Shown here piece after piece: positions 50,351-64,000 of a stretch of DNA of 64,000 nt (position 1 is the first letter of the stretch; the number at the start of each line of letters is the position of its first letter). A program made the position numbers and the translations under genes. This stretch comes from Octopus vulgaris (taxonomy: Eukaryota): contig OX597817.1 of the NCBI GenBank assembly GCA_951406725.2, positions 103,416,001 through 103,480,000 of the forward strand. Direction: 5' to 3'. The notes under the pieces were generated by a model, which saw nothing but the letters and a program-made list of their open reading frames with translations, had not been told where the DNA came from and ran no database searches.

Positions 50351-53300
50351 GTGAGTAAAATTCATAAGGAACATTGAAAAAAACACACACACACACACAC
50401 ACAAAACAAGCGAATGGTTTAAACAGGTGAAGATTTTTAGTTATTCAAGTTTCTCAATCCACAGGAATCTGAAAAGATAATACCGTATCTTAGACTAATA
50501 AAAATAGGATTAAAAGCACAAGTAGCTAATGCAGTCTCAAACAAGAATTTAATATTTCTACTGATACAAATGCACAATTTTCTCTTCTCAGCTAATGCGC
50601 CTATAATACTATTAAACTTTCGTCTTTAATGTTTAACTTTGTAAGATAATTTTTGAAGATAATTGTACTGGTGTTTTCAAAATTCAATGATCATAAGAAG
50701 TTTCCGGCCTTTTTACTGAATACCCTTACACTGATTTGAAAGACTTCAATGAGCTTCAGTTATTGGAATATTGCTTTCAAATTGTAGAGATCACCTTACA
50801 GATTTATTAAATTTTTATGGTTACAAACTGTAGCGTCATTTTCAAAGCTCATTATGTTCCAGATACTTCTTGTTTGGCTGTTAAATAATTATAGATTTTT
50901 AGAGGAAAGTTATCCAAATCTTTTGAGGGATTCCAATCAAAGGAGCTTGATTAGCTATATCTCTCAAATTCAGGATATATTTTTGGAAAAGTTTGCCCTC
51001 GAGGACCTAGCAATTGTGTTATATGTTCTTTTTATTCCTGTAAAGAGATAGAAGCATACAGTGGTTAGGTTACTTTATAGCTGCTAATTTGCTAATAAAG
51101 ATACCTTTAACTCTTCGAACAGGAAAATAAGGAATAAGGACACAGGTGTTGGTTGATCAATGTTGCGAGCAATATTTACTCTAGAATAATGATTTACAAT
51201 TTCTGAATGTCATTTTTGTTCTCTTTATAGCTACCGGCAGTATTGTGTCAGATGTATTAGTTGCAAGAAATGTGCAGTACTGGACAAGTTCCACTCTACG
51301 GGCGAATTTCGATTGATATCTGAATGGGGAAAAATAACGAGAGTTTTGTATCATTCACGTAACTGGCGTGGTAATTAAGATAAACAGATAGAAAATACAA
51401 CAAAGAAAAGGTTTTGTGGAATATTCTAACAGTAATTTGGAATATTTTGACTTGGAGAATGTGCGTGGCTAATTTTGTTTTCGAAAATATGCATCATGAT
51501 AAACGTTAACTTTACCGAAAGCATTGTAACCACGAACCGATCAATAAAACATGACACATCTTGGTGCATCACAGTAGCCCTATTCTAGATTGTAATGTGA
51601 GCTCAGTAAAAACTGTACAATCTCTTCTTTCAAATGCTATTCCTCTCATATTCGAAATTGAATTGACTGTACTTTATTTGATTTTACATCCCTTCAACCT
51701 ACCGTCGTGCGAAGCCTATATTTTCAAATGCTTTTCGATATTACAAAAACTCGTTTGTTACCGATAACTAGAGACATAAGTCGTAACTCTAGCAGGGATG
51801 AACCATAATGTAGAATGTAGTGGTGATTCTCTAACTACATCACAAATCATTCTCAATGTCTTGATATTTTTAATGAAGAGTTTTACAAAAATATGAATAT
51901 GCTACCGTATGTTTTCAACAATCACCATCAAAACTACTTTTATTTAGAAAAAAATTCAATCATCAAATGCATAGGGCTTATATTAAAATGTCACATTTTA
52001 AAGAGTAATTTTTCTCAATAAGTAATCAGTGACAGTGAAGTCCTCTGTGACAGTATGTAATCAGCCAATTGCAAATGCTTTAAACTATTCACTTGGGTAA
52101 AAGAAGTGCATAGTCTTCTTTTCTGTTAACTACGAGAATGGTTATTGGACGACACTAGTAGGGTTCTCACTTAATTCTATTACCAATTATTAGCTGGAGA
52201 GAAAAAATATTTCAGAATCATAGGATTCGGAGGAATAGAAGCCAGGTTAAAGCTTAAGAAGAAAATGTCCTCCAAACGAGAAGTTTAATGAGGTTAAATA
52301 GTTGAGATAAATTTTAGTACTGTTAGAGAAAAACAATGGAAGGTATAACACATATGGTTAAGTATTTCTGATGGCAGAAATTATTAATTATGTCAAAGAG
52401 TTTTTCAGATTATAAGGTGGGTCTGAATGTTATTTCAAATTAAAGAATCAGAAAATAGGATTTTCTCATCAGGCTTGTGAATAGTTTTAAACAACAGCTA
52501 TATCAAAAGCAGGAAAAATAATGATATTGTAGAAGTGAATACTGCAATACCAATATCGATTCAATAACCCAAAAGGTGACCTGTGTAGATGTTATTCGTG
52601 CTTTTCTCCCTTAGCAGAGTGTTTCTGAGCTGATATGCATCACCACCAATTACGTCAACCTGTGTCTCTCTAATACTATCTAGTCCGGCATGCATCTAGA
52701 TTTCCGAAGATAAGCTATTTCTCCTTTAACATTTTGAGTCCCTCTCTCTAGATTACGGTTGAACTAGATCAATTGCAACTTAATATAAAATTCCTAAACA
52801 AGTTTCCTCGCATCATACCACTAGTTTCATTCTTTTGTAACTTGTACGGAAGTAAAATTGTTCCATTGAATTTTAACAAGACCGATGACTGTAACTTTGG
52901 CTACACCTTCGTTTCGCACACTGCCTGTAACAGAGATTACAAAGTATATTGTAAATAGGACAACCTAGATAAACTGAAGAGAATCATAATATAGTTACTA
53001 TACACATCGAGAAAACATGCAGCTCTATTTATTCCAACTTATGAAAAATACACATCTAAACCCTTTGAAAATTTTGCAGATGTTTGGCCCGATAATCTCT
53101 TTGCAGATGATTGGCCCGACTAAACATCTATAATATAACCAGGAAGGTATCCTAGATGTTTAGTTTCTTTTTTAAGATGCAGAAATTACTTCAGCATCGA
53201 AGAGTTGCTGACTCTCTGTGGGGCTGGAATATATCCTATATTAGAGTAGTGTTCACTGAATTGTTCAATAGTTAATCTACAACATATATAATTATTCTAG

Positions 53301-53461
53301 ACTGCATTAAAGGAAAGATTCATTCAACTGTGAGGTAAACAATTAATCAATACGGCGCAACCCCAAGCCCAAGTCTTTCCTCTATATCTTTTTCAACTGC
53401 CACAATGGTTTCTACTCTTTTGAACTTATAAAACATGCACCAACTCACCCAAAAACCTAAT

Positions 53462-53498
<37 letters not shown>

Positions 53499-54899
53499 TC
53501 TCTCTCCTTTGTTCTCCTCATCTTTAGACTTTTCTGAAATGCTTTTCTCGATCTTTCCTCCACAGAACTTCAAACTCACAGCAAAAATTCCCCATCCAAA
53601 TATCCACCCGTGAAACTTAGAGCTGAATATTAAGTGCATGACCTTTACAAGGGCTATTAACATTGATCTCTTTCTAAAATTAACTTCAAAACAATAGGGC
53701 TTAAACCTTTGATAATTTTCTATTTCTTGGTCACGATTTATTTACAGTAACATACTCATTGAGTCTGTGATTATATTACGATACGATCCACCTTTTTTCG
53801 GATATAAAGAAGAAAATATTATTTACTGTGATTAAATTCTAACAAAACTGTTGAAGATAACACAAACGAAACAAAGTATGGTGAATTATCTGTTTCTAGC
53901 ATTATCGAAACAGTTTTTTTATTAACGAATTTCCCTGCTCATATCCGCTGAAAAATAGATTATGAGGAGTTTCCGATTTGTCGCCTAATAATTGGACAAT
54001 TACATGAAATCTTGCTTTCTCCTCACGGATTTATTTGGATTTTATGATTGCAAACATCAGTGAATAACGGTTACAATCAGAGCTAAAAAGAAAAAATAGA
54101 GAGGGGAAGGAGAGTGAGGGAGGAAGAGAAGGGGAGAGAGCGAGAGATGAAGGAAAATATTGAAAAGAGAGAGAAGGAGAGAAATGAAGAAAGAAAAGAA
54201 ATATCATAGGTCAAAGTAGTCTTGCTCTACTGATTATTGAACATTAACTTTCAACGAGAAATAAATATTTCTAACATTAAAAACAAGTCTGCTCGTGACA
54301 GATGTCGAAAATATAATTTTAATGATATATCAAGTTTGAATCAATGCTGCTATCTTAGAATTTTTGTGATAAATTTGTATATACATATTTTTAATAAGCA
54401 TATTGCGGCAGAGAATGAAAACCGTCTGACTAGAAACCACCAAATTTTGTAAGACCGCATTTTCCAGCAGCTCAATAAATTAATTATCATATATCAGTTA
54501 TATATATAATTATATATTATATAATTATATATTATATATGTCAAAAGTACCCTCATTGAACAAACATTATAGACCCTTCTATAGTTTAGTTAAACTCTAT
54601 ACACGTTTTAGAAAAGATCAATCTTAGCGATAATTTTGTCGAATTTAGCAAAGGATTTCATATAAAACTTCTCTCGCATGACATTCATTTGTCCTCGGAC
54701 TGAATTTCTCCAGCGTAACAAAGAGTTTGTTATAAAAAAATATAACTCCAGTAGCTTAAATAACTGAGACATCTGTCTGTATGTCTCTCAACTGTTATAA
54801 TATCTGGTGTTGATTATGTGGCGTGTGTGCTATTTGTATAGATTTATTAATAGGTGGCAATTGTGTAGAATATGAATTGTTGGTGCTATGGGGTATGTA

Positions 54900-55090
54900 T
54901 TGTTGTTAAGTTTTACGTCAAACTAGATCAAGTAGATTAAAGATATTCCAGTCACGACCATTCCATCTTTTCCGTAAAGTGTACACAACATTTACATTAT
55001 CTAGTGAGTTCTCAAAGACGGTACAATGTTATTCGAGCGAGATTTGACCGTTATTTCATACAAATCAAGCAACAGCGTAGAATCATCTCT
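54900..55090 (-). mobile_element. Degraded SINE-like family C copy
   Basis: TTAAAGATATTCCAGTCACGACCATTCC...GAGATTTGACCGTTATTTC; a similar minus copy lies at about 9720-9900. Confidence 0.6.
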
Positions 55091-55810
55091 AGTGCGTCTT
55101 GTACAGCTAAAATCCCAGGTACAATATGTTTTAATTGTGTTCTTTTATAGAATACCAGTTCTTTTATACAATACCAATGTTCTAATTATTATTTATACTA
55201 TTTCTACTTTTGTACTCGACAATCCATTTCTTTCCAGTAGAAGATCATTTGGCTTTAACAGGACCTCGACTTCTTCCGGGCGTTATTTTGGCTGGAAAGT
55301 ATCAAAATGTCTCATGAGTTCTGAAATTCTCCGCTATGTCCTTGGTAATTTTATCTGGACGGTTTATCTTTACATCGTTTTTATATCGAGGTATTGATAT
55401 ATTTACACACTAGGCACAGCTAATTACTGACTCAATCGTAGCAATGAATATACTAGGGTTCAGCAAGAACTGTCAATTGTGCCATTGTACTGACTATAAC
55501 AGACTGCATAGTCAACATGTGATGGTAGCATATTTTTTTCTTATTATTGTTTTCTTCTTTTGTACTTATTTGTAAATTGTCATTGATCCTGTTCAGCTGA
55601 CATCAGACTTTACATTTCTACATTTACGGTCTTGAACTTTTGAGTCATTGTTAACTCTTCTTCTGATTTATTTCCTCCCTATCGAGTTTTATAGAATATT
55701 GGCCGTTCAGCAATTTTTTTTTTCTGTTATATCTTGGAAATCTATTTCAATTTTATCTTTTCTTTTTAATCTTATTTGTCCTTGCCTTAAGTGCTTTCTT
55801 CTATGAAGTT

Positions 55811-55881
<71 letters not shown>

Positions 55882-56399
55882 GCTGCTGCTGGTGGTGGTG
55901 CTGCTGCTGGTGGTGGTGCTGCTGCTTTAGTCAGCAGAACAAGGAGGAGAAGTAGAAGGAAAAGGGATGTCACGATGGCTCACTTGGCTGAAAAATCAAT
56001 TACTGATCAACAAATCAATAGCTATACATCGTAGAAAGAAAGAATAAAAAGTGTGCTCTAAGTATTGCATGAAATGGTTTCCTGAAGGTTTTAGAGACGC
56101 TCTCTATATATACATTACGGGAGCATTAGTTTTAAGTAAGACAGAACCAACAATAAATAGATACTTTAAACACGTCGTGAGTAGTCATCAATCGTTTTTG
56201 CAGACAAGAAGAATATTCCAAGGGAATCCATGTTTTTCATTCTTTTTCTTCCTTGTGCTACCACTTCTACCGCACATGTTAAACAAGACAGGCATCGGAA
56301 AGAAATGATATTTATGGGTATTCAACTTCATTTTAATTATGGTTTGCTTCAAGTTGTACACTAAAAGCAATAAACATCTAGAAACACTGCTGCAGATTG

Positions 56400-57900
56400 T
56401 ACAGAGATTTACCTGAAACTCTTCAATACAAAAGAGTTCAGAGCACTAATATCAAGCTAGATAAAAAAGTAAAGATAGGGTAATTAGATCAAACACACTC
56501 ACAAAAACGAGGCAGAATATAACACACAAAAGACATGTTATACAGAAAATAAGGTACTAGTCACAGTACTGTAGCTTCTCCCTCCACATGAAGTAACCAG
56601 TTCTGAGAAGCTCGCCTCCTCCTGGAAAATCATCGAACTTCCTTCTAAATGTAGAAAGTGCTGCTGCTATGTGAAGTGAGGGCAAAGCACAGAGCACACT
56701 GAAGAGATAGATTACTGGTAAAATTCTTATCAACTGCCTATAGGCAAATGTAACTGATATTTTAGTAGGATATTGATCCCTTCCTATTCACTGCGACACC
56801 CGAAATGCTCACAGCCCCACCCGAAACAGAAAATACTGATTGAAATGCGAGGTGGATACGTAGAGTACACTGCTTGACCTCGCTGGTGTGTTCTTACTTG
56901 TATGTGGGTGCAATAATTGGATGCTAAATCAGTTAGCAGGGCTAGACAGAATAAAAGGAAATTACTGCCTTTAAAATGCATTTCAAATCTGACAGAGAAG
57001 GATTACATTTAGTACGAATATATACAGATAACTTGAAGCAACTAGAAAAATATAAATGCATCCTTTTGGACTACAAAAATAGTTACCAGAGAATAATGGA
57101 AAACTAAGACAAACAGCTTCAAAACACAACCAAAACAAAAATCTTTTCTGTTTTCAAGAAAGAAAAAAAAAACTGATGAATAAAAACAGCTAAAAGAAGA
57201 AATTGTGAAAAGGCCAAAAAGCTGAAGAAAAATTGGATACAGAATGTCATAGTAAAGCGATAGTAAGAAATTTCCTGATATAGTTACTACCTGAAAAAAC
57301 TAAAGAGGCTGGAAATAGATAGGGAAAAATGGCAACTCTTGTCGCAAAGTGCAGGGCTAAAAATTTGCGACTGAAGAATTCTTGGACAGCGGATCAAAGC
57401 TGTCGTCTTATGAAAAAACCACTTAAAGCATGTAATAAATAGAATACATTAAGTTTACAGTATAGAGAAGTTGAGAAGAATAAATTAGTCACATCTCTGG
57501 TAGGCCAGTCATACCATGCAAAATCACATGTACAGGCACGACAGAGTTGGGGGAGCTTTCAAACATTTAAACGAAAAATATAATAAAAGAATAAAAAATT
57601 ATATATAATCTTACATCAGAAAATACTGCAAAGAATGACAAGACGAACATTCCCTCGAATATGATAATCTATATAAACAACGTGTTCAAGACAAATCAGC
57701 CATATATTGTTTTCAAGGACACTAGAGAAGAAAGTCACTCTTAATCGAAATTTGAGTTATGTATGTCTCAGGAAAAAAAGTGAGATGTTATCCAAATATA
57801 TGGTAATTGAGATAGGCAGAATGAGAAAGGGAAAACAGACGTAGTTCCTTTAATATTAAGAAAACCATGCAGACAAATACATAACCATAACGCCACAACC
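56400..57900 (+). mobile_element. Degraded R4/Dong-like restriction-endonuclease LINE
   Basis: SAGLKFATEEF (SGLK.ETEGF-like), MYRHDRVG (RHD motif after the CCHC finger) and KTNQPYIVFKD (NRPDIV.D-like). Confidence 0.75.
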
Positions 57901-58069
57901 TGTAGAAAGTAGCACTTCTAACCAATGGGCATATATTATGTAGATTAGTGTTAATACATAAGAAAATTTAAAGCCAATGCAAAGCTCAGTGGACTTACGC
58001 ACCAGAGAACTGCTCTTGGTAATGTAGTGAAAACATGCAATAAAAATAGAGCTACTGAATAATAATTCT

Positions 58070-59355
<1,286 letters not shown>

Positions 59356-59371
59356 CTAATGATGATGATAC

Positions 59372-59423
<52 letters not shown>

Positions 59424-59424
<1 letters not shown>

Positions 59425-59977
59425 CCCTGATGCAGTACCAGGCAGTGGCTCTCATGGCTTCTGATCTTAACTGATTGGAAATGTTATCATGTACATTGTT
59501 TTGTCTTGGTATAAAAGATGGGCTACAGCAAATATTCTGCTCAATACCACAGATTTGCTTGTCAGTTGTTTGACTTTAACCAGTTGAGCATGTCCCTTAG
59601 TGGCTGACGATATGTGCATCTCTGATCACGAGCAGAAGTAGTGGGGGAGCATCATAGCCATGTGTTGAGAGGGATTCTTTGGGGTTTGAATAGTTCACCT
59701 CTGGAAACATGGGTGTTTCGTTCAACATCCTTAAACAACCCTTATTCAGGGACCTTTCGAGTGGGATGGGTTACTCGACCAGAAGAAAATTCTAACTGGG
59801 CCCCACCTGCAAGGTCATGTGCTGTTTATTTTGATATGAGATCACCATGTCGCGCACATATGGTTGTGATGCATGTGCCTGATGTACCTTTATCAGACGG
59901 GTAGTCATGATGGGTATCCTGGGCTTCGTATATTTTACCCCAGTGTCACTTTGATGGCATGAACTGCTCTCTCACTC
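59424..59977. mobile_element. Non-coding repeat E, full copy, inside (AAT)n
   Basis: GCCCTGATGCAGTACCAGG...CTGCTCTCTCACTC flanked by (AAT)n on both sides. Confidence 0.9.
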
Positions 59978-60399
59978 AATAATAATAATAATAGTAATAA
60001 TAATAATAATATTAATAATAATGATAATAGCAATAATAATTCCTTATTAGCTGTATGAGCTCATTCATACGTTAAAACAAACATTGAAACTTAGGGATTA
60101 GACGTGGGTGGTTGAAACAGAGTTATATATAAACGGAAGAGTGGCTGTATAAACAATTTACACAATGAATGAATTATATATTTGATAAAAACTCAGAATA
60201 AAATTAAAATTAAAAAACACTTGAAGGAATTAAAACAATGTATAATATTAAAGAAAACAAAAAAAAAACCCATTTTGTTTGGGAATTCTACCTATACATA
60301 AATGAGAACCCACTAGCCCAGTCGAATAGCTGTTACCCTTCTATTTAAAGTTTTCTCTTCTTAACGGTCCTATGAGCAGTTCAAGTGTCAGAGTGAATA

Positions 60400-61130
60400 C
60401 GAAGGAGTTCATGTTCTACTGAAATATCAGGTATAATATTTGTCAATAGGCAGTTGAAATGCTTTTATCAGAAGTCTATCTCTTCAGTATTCCCTGCAGT
60501 CCTCATTTTCTCACAAAGCAGAATCTTTTTAATTCCACTTTCCTCCGCAGTTCTTTGAGAAGAAATTCCATGTTCTCATTACTGTGAAGTTCGTCACTTT
60601 CCAGGGTAGGTGAGCTTCTCAGTCTTGGTTTATTCTGGCGGAAAGGATTGGACCACTTTTCGCCCGTTTAGCATGCTTTTTCCCCTAGGTTAAACTTTTT
60701 CTTGCAAGACGGTCATTTGTTGTCTTTTTTACGTTTTTTGTCCTTTTTGGCTTGCATTTCTTGTATTTTCTCAATCAAGCAACTTCTTCCTGGGCGATGT
60801 TTTGGTCAGGAAAGATTGAAATGTCTACCGGAGTACAAAAATGTTATTTGAATTCATGATAGTTACATCTAGATTGTTTGACTTAGTATGGACAGAAATA
60901 TATGACATGACAGTGAATAGGTTGTTGACATGTATCATGTTGGAGATAAATAGTTTAGAAATTTTTTTATTCATATTCCCTTCTAAGTGTCGGTATATCT
61001 ATTGCTTAGAGGACATAGTTGGTAACTCGATCGTGTCTCAGGATATACTCGAACTCTGTAAAACAGATATTTTCAATCACACAACCATGGTACACTTATG
61101 TAACACATATGGATCATAGATGTGCCGCGA
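60400..61130 (-). mobile_element. Possible degraded APE-type LINE (endonuclease end and RT start)
   Basis: Weak echoes in the expected order: GNMN (GDFN), YISVHTKSNNLDV (YT...SRLDY), FPDQ (SDH), IDF..KAF. Confidence 0.4.
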
Positions 61131-61454
61131 GATTTTGTTATATCAGAAAATCCCCAGGATATTTAGGACTGATATATTAAACCATTATTAAACACCGTAG
61201 AGCCTGTTTGCAGAAAGAGATATGATCGAAAACAGATACTAACGATAAAAAACGGTGACAGACAGAAGAAAGTAAAATGAAAAAGACGAAGCAAGACCCA
61301 ATACGAACGAAAGCAATCGAAAAAGGATATGTTATAATGCTGTTGCGAAATTGAAATAAGGCTAATGGGCTTTGCAGCGGAACAAGAATTCCAATAACCC
61401 ATTTGTATGAACGCATGATTGAAGGCGACATTTTTACAGAAGGTGAACATTATA

Positions 61455-61660
61455 GAAAACATGTCATTGTGCCAAGAATTAAACTGAGACCTTCTGACAC
61501 CACTCTAACATTCACTCTTACGTGAGCTTGCAGTGGATTTCGCAATGGTAGTCAATAAATCTCAATGTCAGTCTTTGAATAAGATAAGTCTGTTCTTCTC
61601 AACTGATCTATTTGTGCATGGACAGTTGCATGGAGCTCTGCGACTCTCTAAAGGCGATGC
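61455..61660 (+). mobile_element. Helitron PIF1-like helicase C-terminal remnant
   Basis: KHVIVPRIKLRPSDTTLTF...FAMVVNKSQCQSLNKISLFFSTDLFVHGQLHGAL (FAMTINKSQGQ and HGQLYVALSR motifs). Confidence 0.88.
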
Positions 61661-61852
61661 AGCTATAGTGGTTACGTAAAAAAAGAAAGGAAAAAAAATG
61701 GAAAAATCCTCCGCATTTTATATACTGAAGTTTTCCAGTGCTAAAACATCAATCTCAATTCAGAAATTTACACACATACACAAATATACACATATATACT
61801 TATATATTATATATGTATGTGTGTGTGTATATATACATATACATATACATAC

Positions 61853-61908
<56 letters not shown>

Positions 61909-62254
61909 ATGTGTATGTATATGTGTATATGTATATATACACACACATACATATATATAAGTATATGTGTGTGTTAGTGTGAGTTGTAGTACTTATTTCT
62001 TTTTTTATTGTATAATATTTTTCATCTCTAACATCAACGACCACAATAACTGCCGAGCATTTATTTTGGTTTTGCTACTTGCGAATTTACTTCCTTTTTT
62101 TTCACTGAATTCATTAGATATGGACAGACTTTTGGTTATGAAAATCAATTTCGATTATGATAATATATTAAGTGTGGATGGTACTAATATTGTAGTGACA
62201 TGCAGTGCTGTTGTGATGATTCCAAAAGCGTAGTGCACAAGTATAATAAAAACT

Positions 62255-63080
62255 GTTTTCCGTCCGGATTTATTTCATCAAAAGAAGCGCAGCAGCATCA
62301 TATGTGTCTAGTTTGTTGTGAAATTGACAAGCCAGATGATGGTTTCAAGTGAGCAGCAAAATTACTTCATTCAAACTGCCCCTCCTTATATATAAGTACT
62401 CTACTAAAACTTTTAGCTGACTCATGATTAATTAAGCACACCGAGCTATATATTTTATCAAGACAAAGCTCCAAGCTTTGTATAAACCGAGGTAAAAGTC
62501 TAAAAAATATCACACATTTGCCAAATCAGCAGTTTTCCCAGTATTTGTAAAATTGTATATGTTTGGCGGGAAGATGGTAAAATATTTATCGACCTTATGT
62601 CAGATAACACCATTAGTTGATATAGGAAAGATATGACCCAAGATGTACCAGAAGTGATAGCTTCCTTTCAAACATTCGACTTTATATCAGTTGAAGAGGT
62701 GAGCACTTAATAGGGTTGTCTGTAATACAGAAATCATGGAACTGTCTTTTGTTTGTAAGCCACTTCCATAAACAACAAAAAGCAAATACATTTTTGATGT
62801 CGTTAACATCTTTTCGTTTCTCGTGATTTACCATTGATAGTATGCATCGGCATCTCCATAAACAGTGCTAATATCCCCTCTATGTAAGTAGAAAGGATTC
62901 TCCGCACTGATAAAACGAAAGAAAACAGTAATTGTTTTTAAATACTTCCCCTACAGTAAAATCTTTACTTCAAAATCAGTTAACGCTCAACTAAAAAAAA
63001 AGAAAGCACTTGATGAGAATGTAAGAAGAATTAATTACAACAAAGCTAGACTATAAAAATCGAGGTTATTTTCTTCACTC
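62255..63080 (+). mobile_element. hAT (Charlie/Buster-like) transposase pseudogene
   Basis: MCLVCCE, MSDNTIS*YRKDMTQDV, FVCKPLP*TTKSKYIFDVV, ALDENVRRINYNKARL*KSRLF. Confidence 0.8.
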
Positions 63081-63199
63081 TCGTTTTCCCGTTTTTTAAT
63101 TTTTTCTTTAATAAAGACTCAAACAAAGTAAGAAGCCACTTTGTGTAAGGACTATGAACAAGGAGAAATTAAGACGAACATTAATTAACTTACTTTAGA

Positions 63200-64000
63200 T
63201 TTGAAAAAGTCCAGGTTATAAGAAGCAGAAAACAATGAGAGTTCCAAAGTTTGGAAGTTCGAGAAAAAAAAAGCTACAACAGTTAAAAGACTTCCTTATC
63301 CGTGGAAGCACAACAGCATTTGGATGAAGATGATGTACGTTTCGAGTCAGGCGAGATGTTACAAAGTGATCTGGAACTAAGAGAGGAAGTTCCTCAGAGC
63401 ACTTCCTGTGGCAATACTGATAAAAAAGGATAAGATTGGTGACGCCATATGGATGTAAGAAGGGTTGCAGAGGGACCAATCAAATTAGAGACTCGCTTCT
63501 GAACCCGGTTGAGGAGATTCAAGTGACAAGACGGTGCTCCTGTCCGAATATGACAACAGTATTCCATACAAGGACGAATTGTTTGGTTACAAAATAACCT
63601 CAAATGTCAAGTAGACTTTTGACCTATACAATGATCCAGCCTTACGGGAAGCAAACCTACAAATTGACTGTATGTAAGAAAGATGGGGAGAGAAAGTAAG
63701 ACCAAGCAGTTTCAAAGAAGACTTTTCGTCAAGTAGTTTGACTGTGTCATGGGATACCTCAGACCTATAACTCATGAACATGGGTGGAAGATAGGGATTC
63801 CGATTCCTAATGAAGGACACGAGTTTGGTCTTTCCAGGGTTAAAAGTTACTAGCCACTTCTTGCTCCATTTCTTAATAGCCTGTAGATCCACCTCAAAAT
63901 TAGCAGCAAATTCCAAATGTTTCAAGGGAGAGGGATTGCCAGGAAAATCAGAATAATGAGTAGTAACATCAGCATAAAAACCGATGAATTGGTGAATATT
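63200..64000 (-). mobile_element. Non-LTR retrotransposon RT C-terminal half (CR1/L2-related), running off the window end
   Basis: FYADVTT (YADD), DLQAIKKWSKKWLVTFNPGKTK, KLLGLTF, IRPCMEYCCHI, LNRVQKR, LFYQYCHRKCSEEL; frameshifted. Confidence 0.92.

Noticed and set aside
52440-52475. Minus-strand CUGAUGA followed by a GAAAAU/AUUUUC hairpin
   Set aside because: No GAAA after the stem and no stem I or III, so not a hammerhead.
59850-59977. HDV-like ribozyme at the end of element E (GACUACCCGUC)
   Set aside because: I could not assemble P1, P2, P3 and P1.1 consistently by eye.

Overview
AT-rich, microsatellite-dense eukaryotic DNA that is mostly intron or intergenic sequence filled with transposon remnants. 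The SINE families look like those I recall from Octopus (cephalopod) genomes; this is an inference, not a search result. Almost all ORFs in the supplied track are microsatellite or repeat artefacts. The best host-gene signal is a 261-nt phase 1-1 exon on the minus strand (13941-14201) encoding a SUEL/rhamnose-binding-lectin-like module, with candidate partner exons at 35634-35769 and 10614-10666. Transposon relics include CR1-, RTE-, Jockey/I- and R4/Dong-like LINEs, Penelope-like GIY-YIG elements, a probable solo LTR, Tc1, mariner, hAT, Helitron helicase fragments, a foldback element and at least four SINE families. The most notable pattern is about ten type I hammerhead-ribozyme-like motifs from several unrelated repeat families: one has a fully canonical core (3371-3452), a homologous copy shows stem covariation (40205-40291), and an A3-U8 variant sits at the 3' end of a Penelope endonuclease relic. 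Other observations are a LINE/SINE shared 3' stem-loop, SINE concatemers with a recurrent junction, (AAT)n-nucleated insertion clusters, a small hairpin-repeat array, and a probable assembly artefact near 1.1-3.4 kb. Coordinates of degraded elements are approximate and read by eye.
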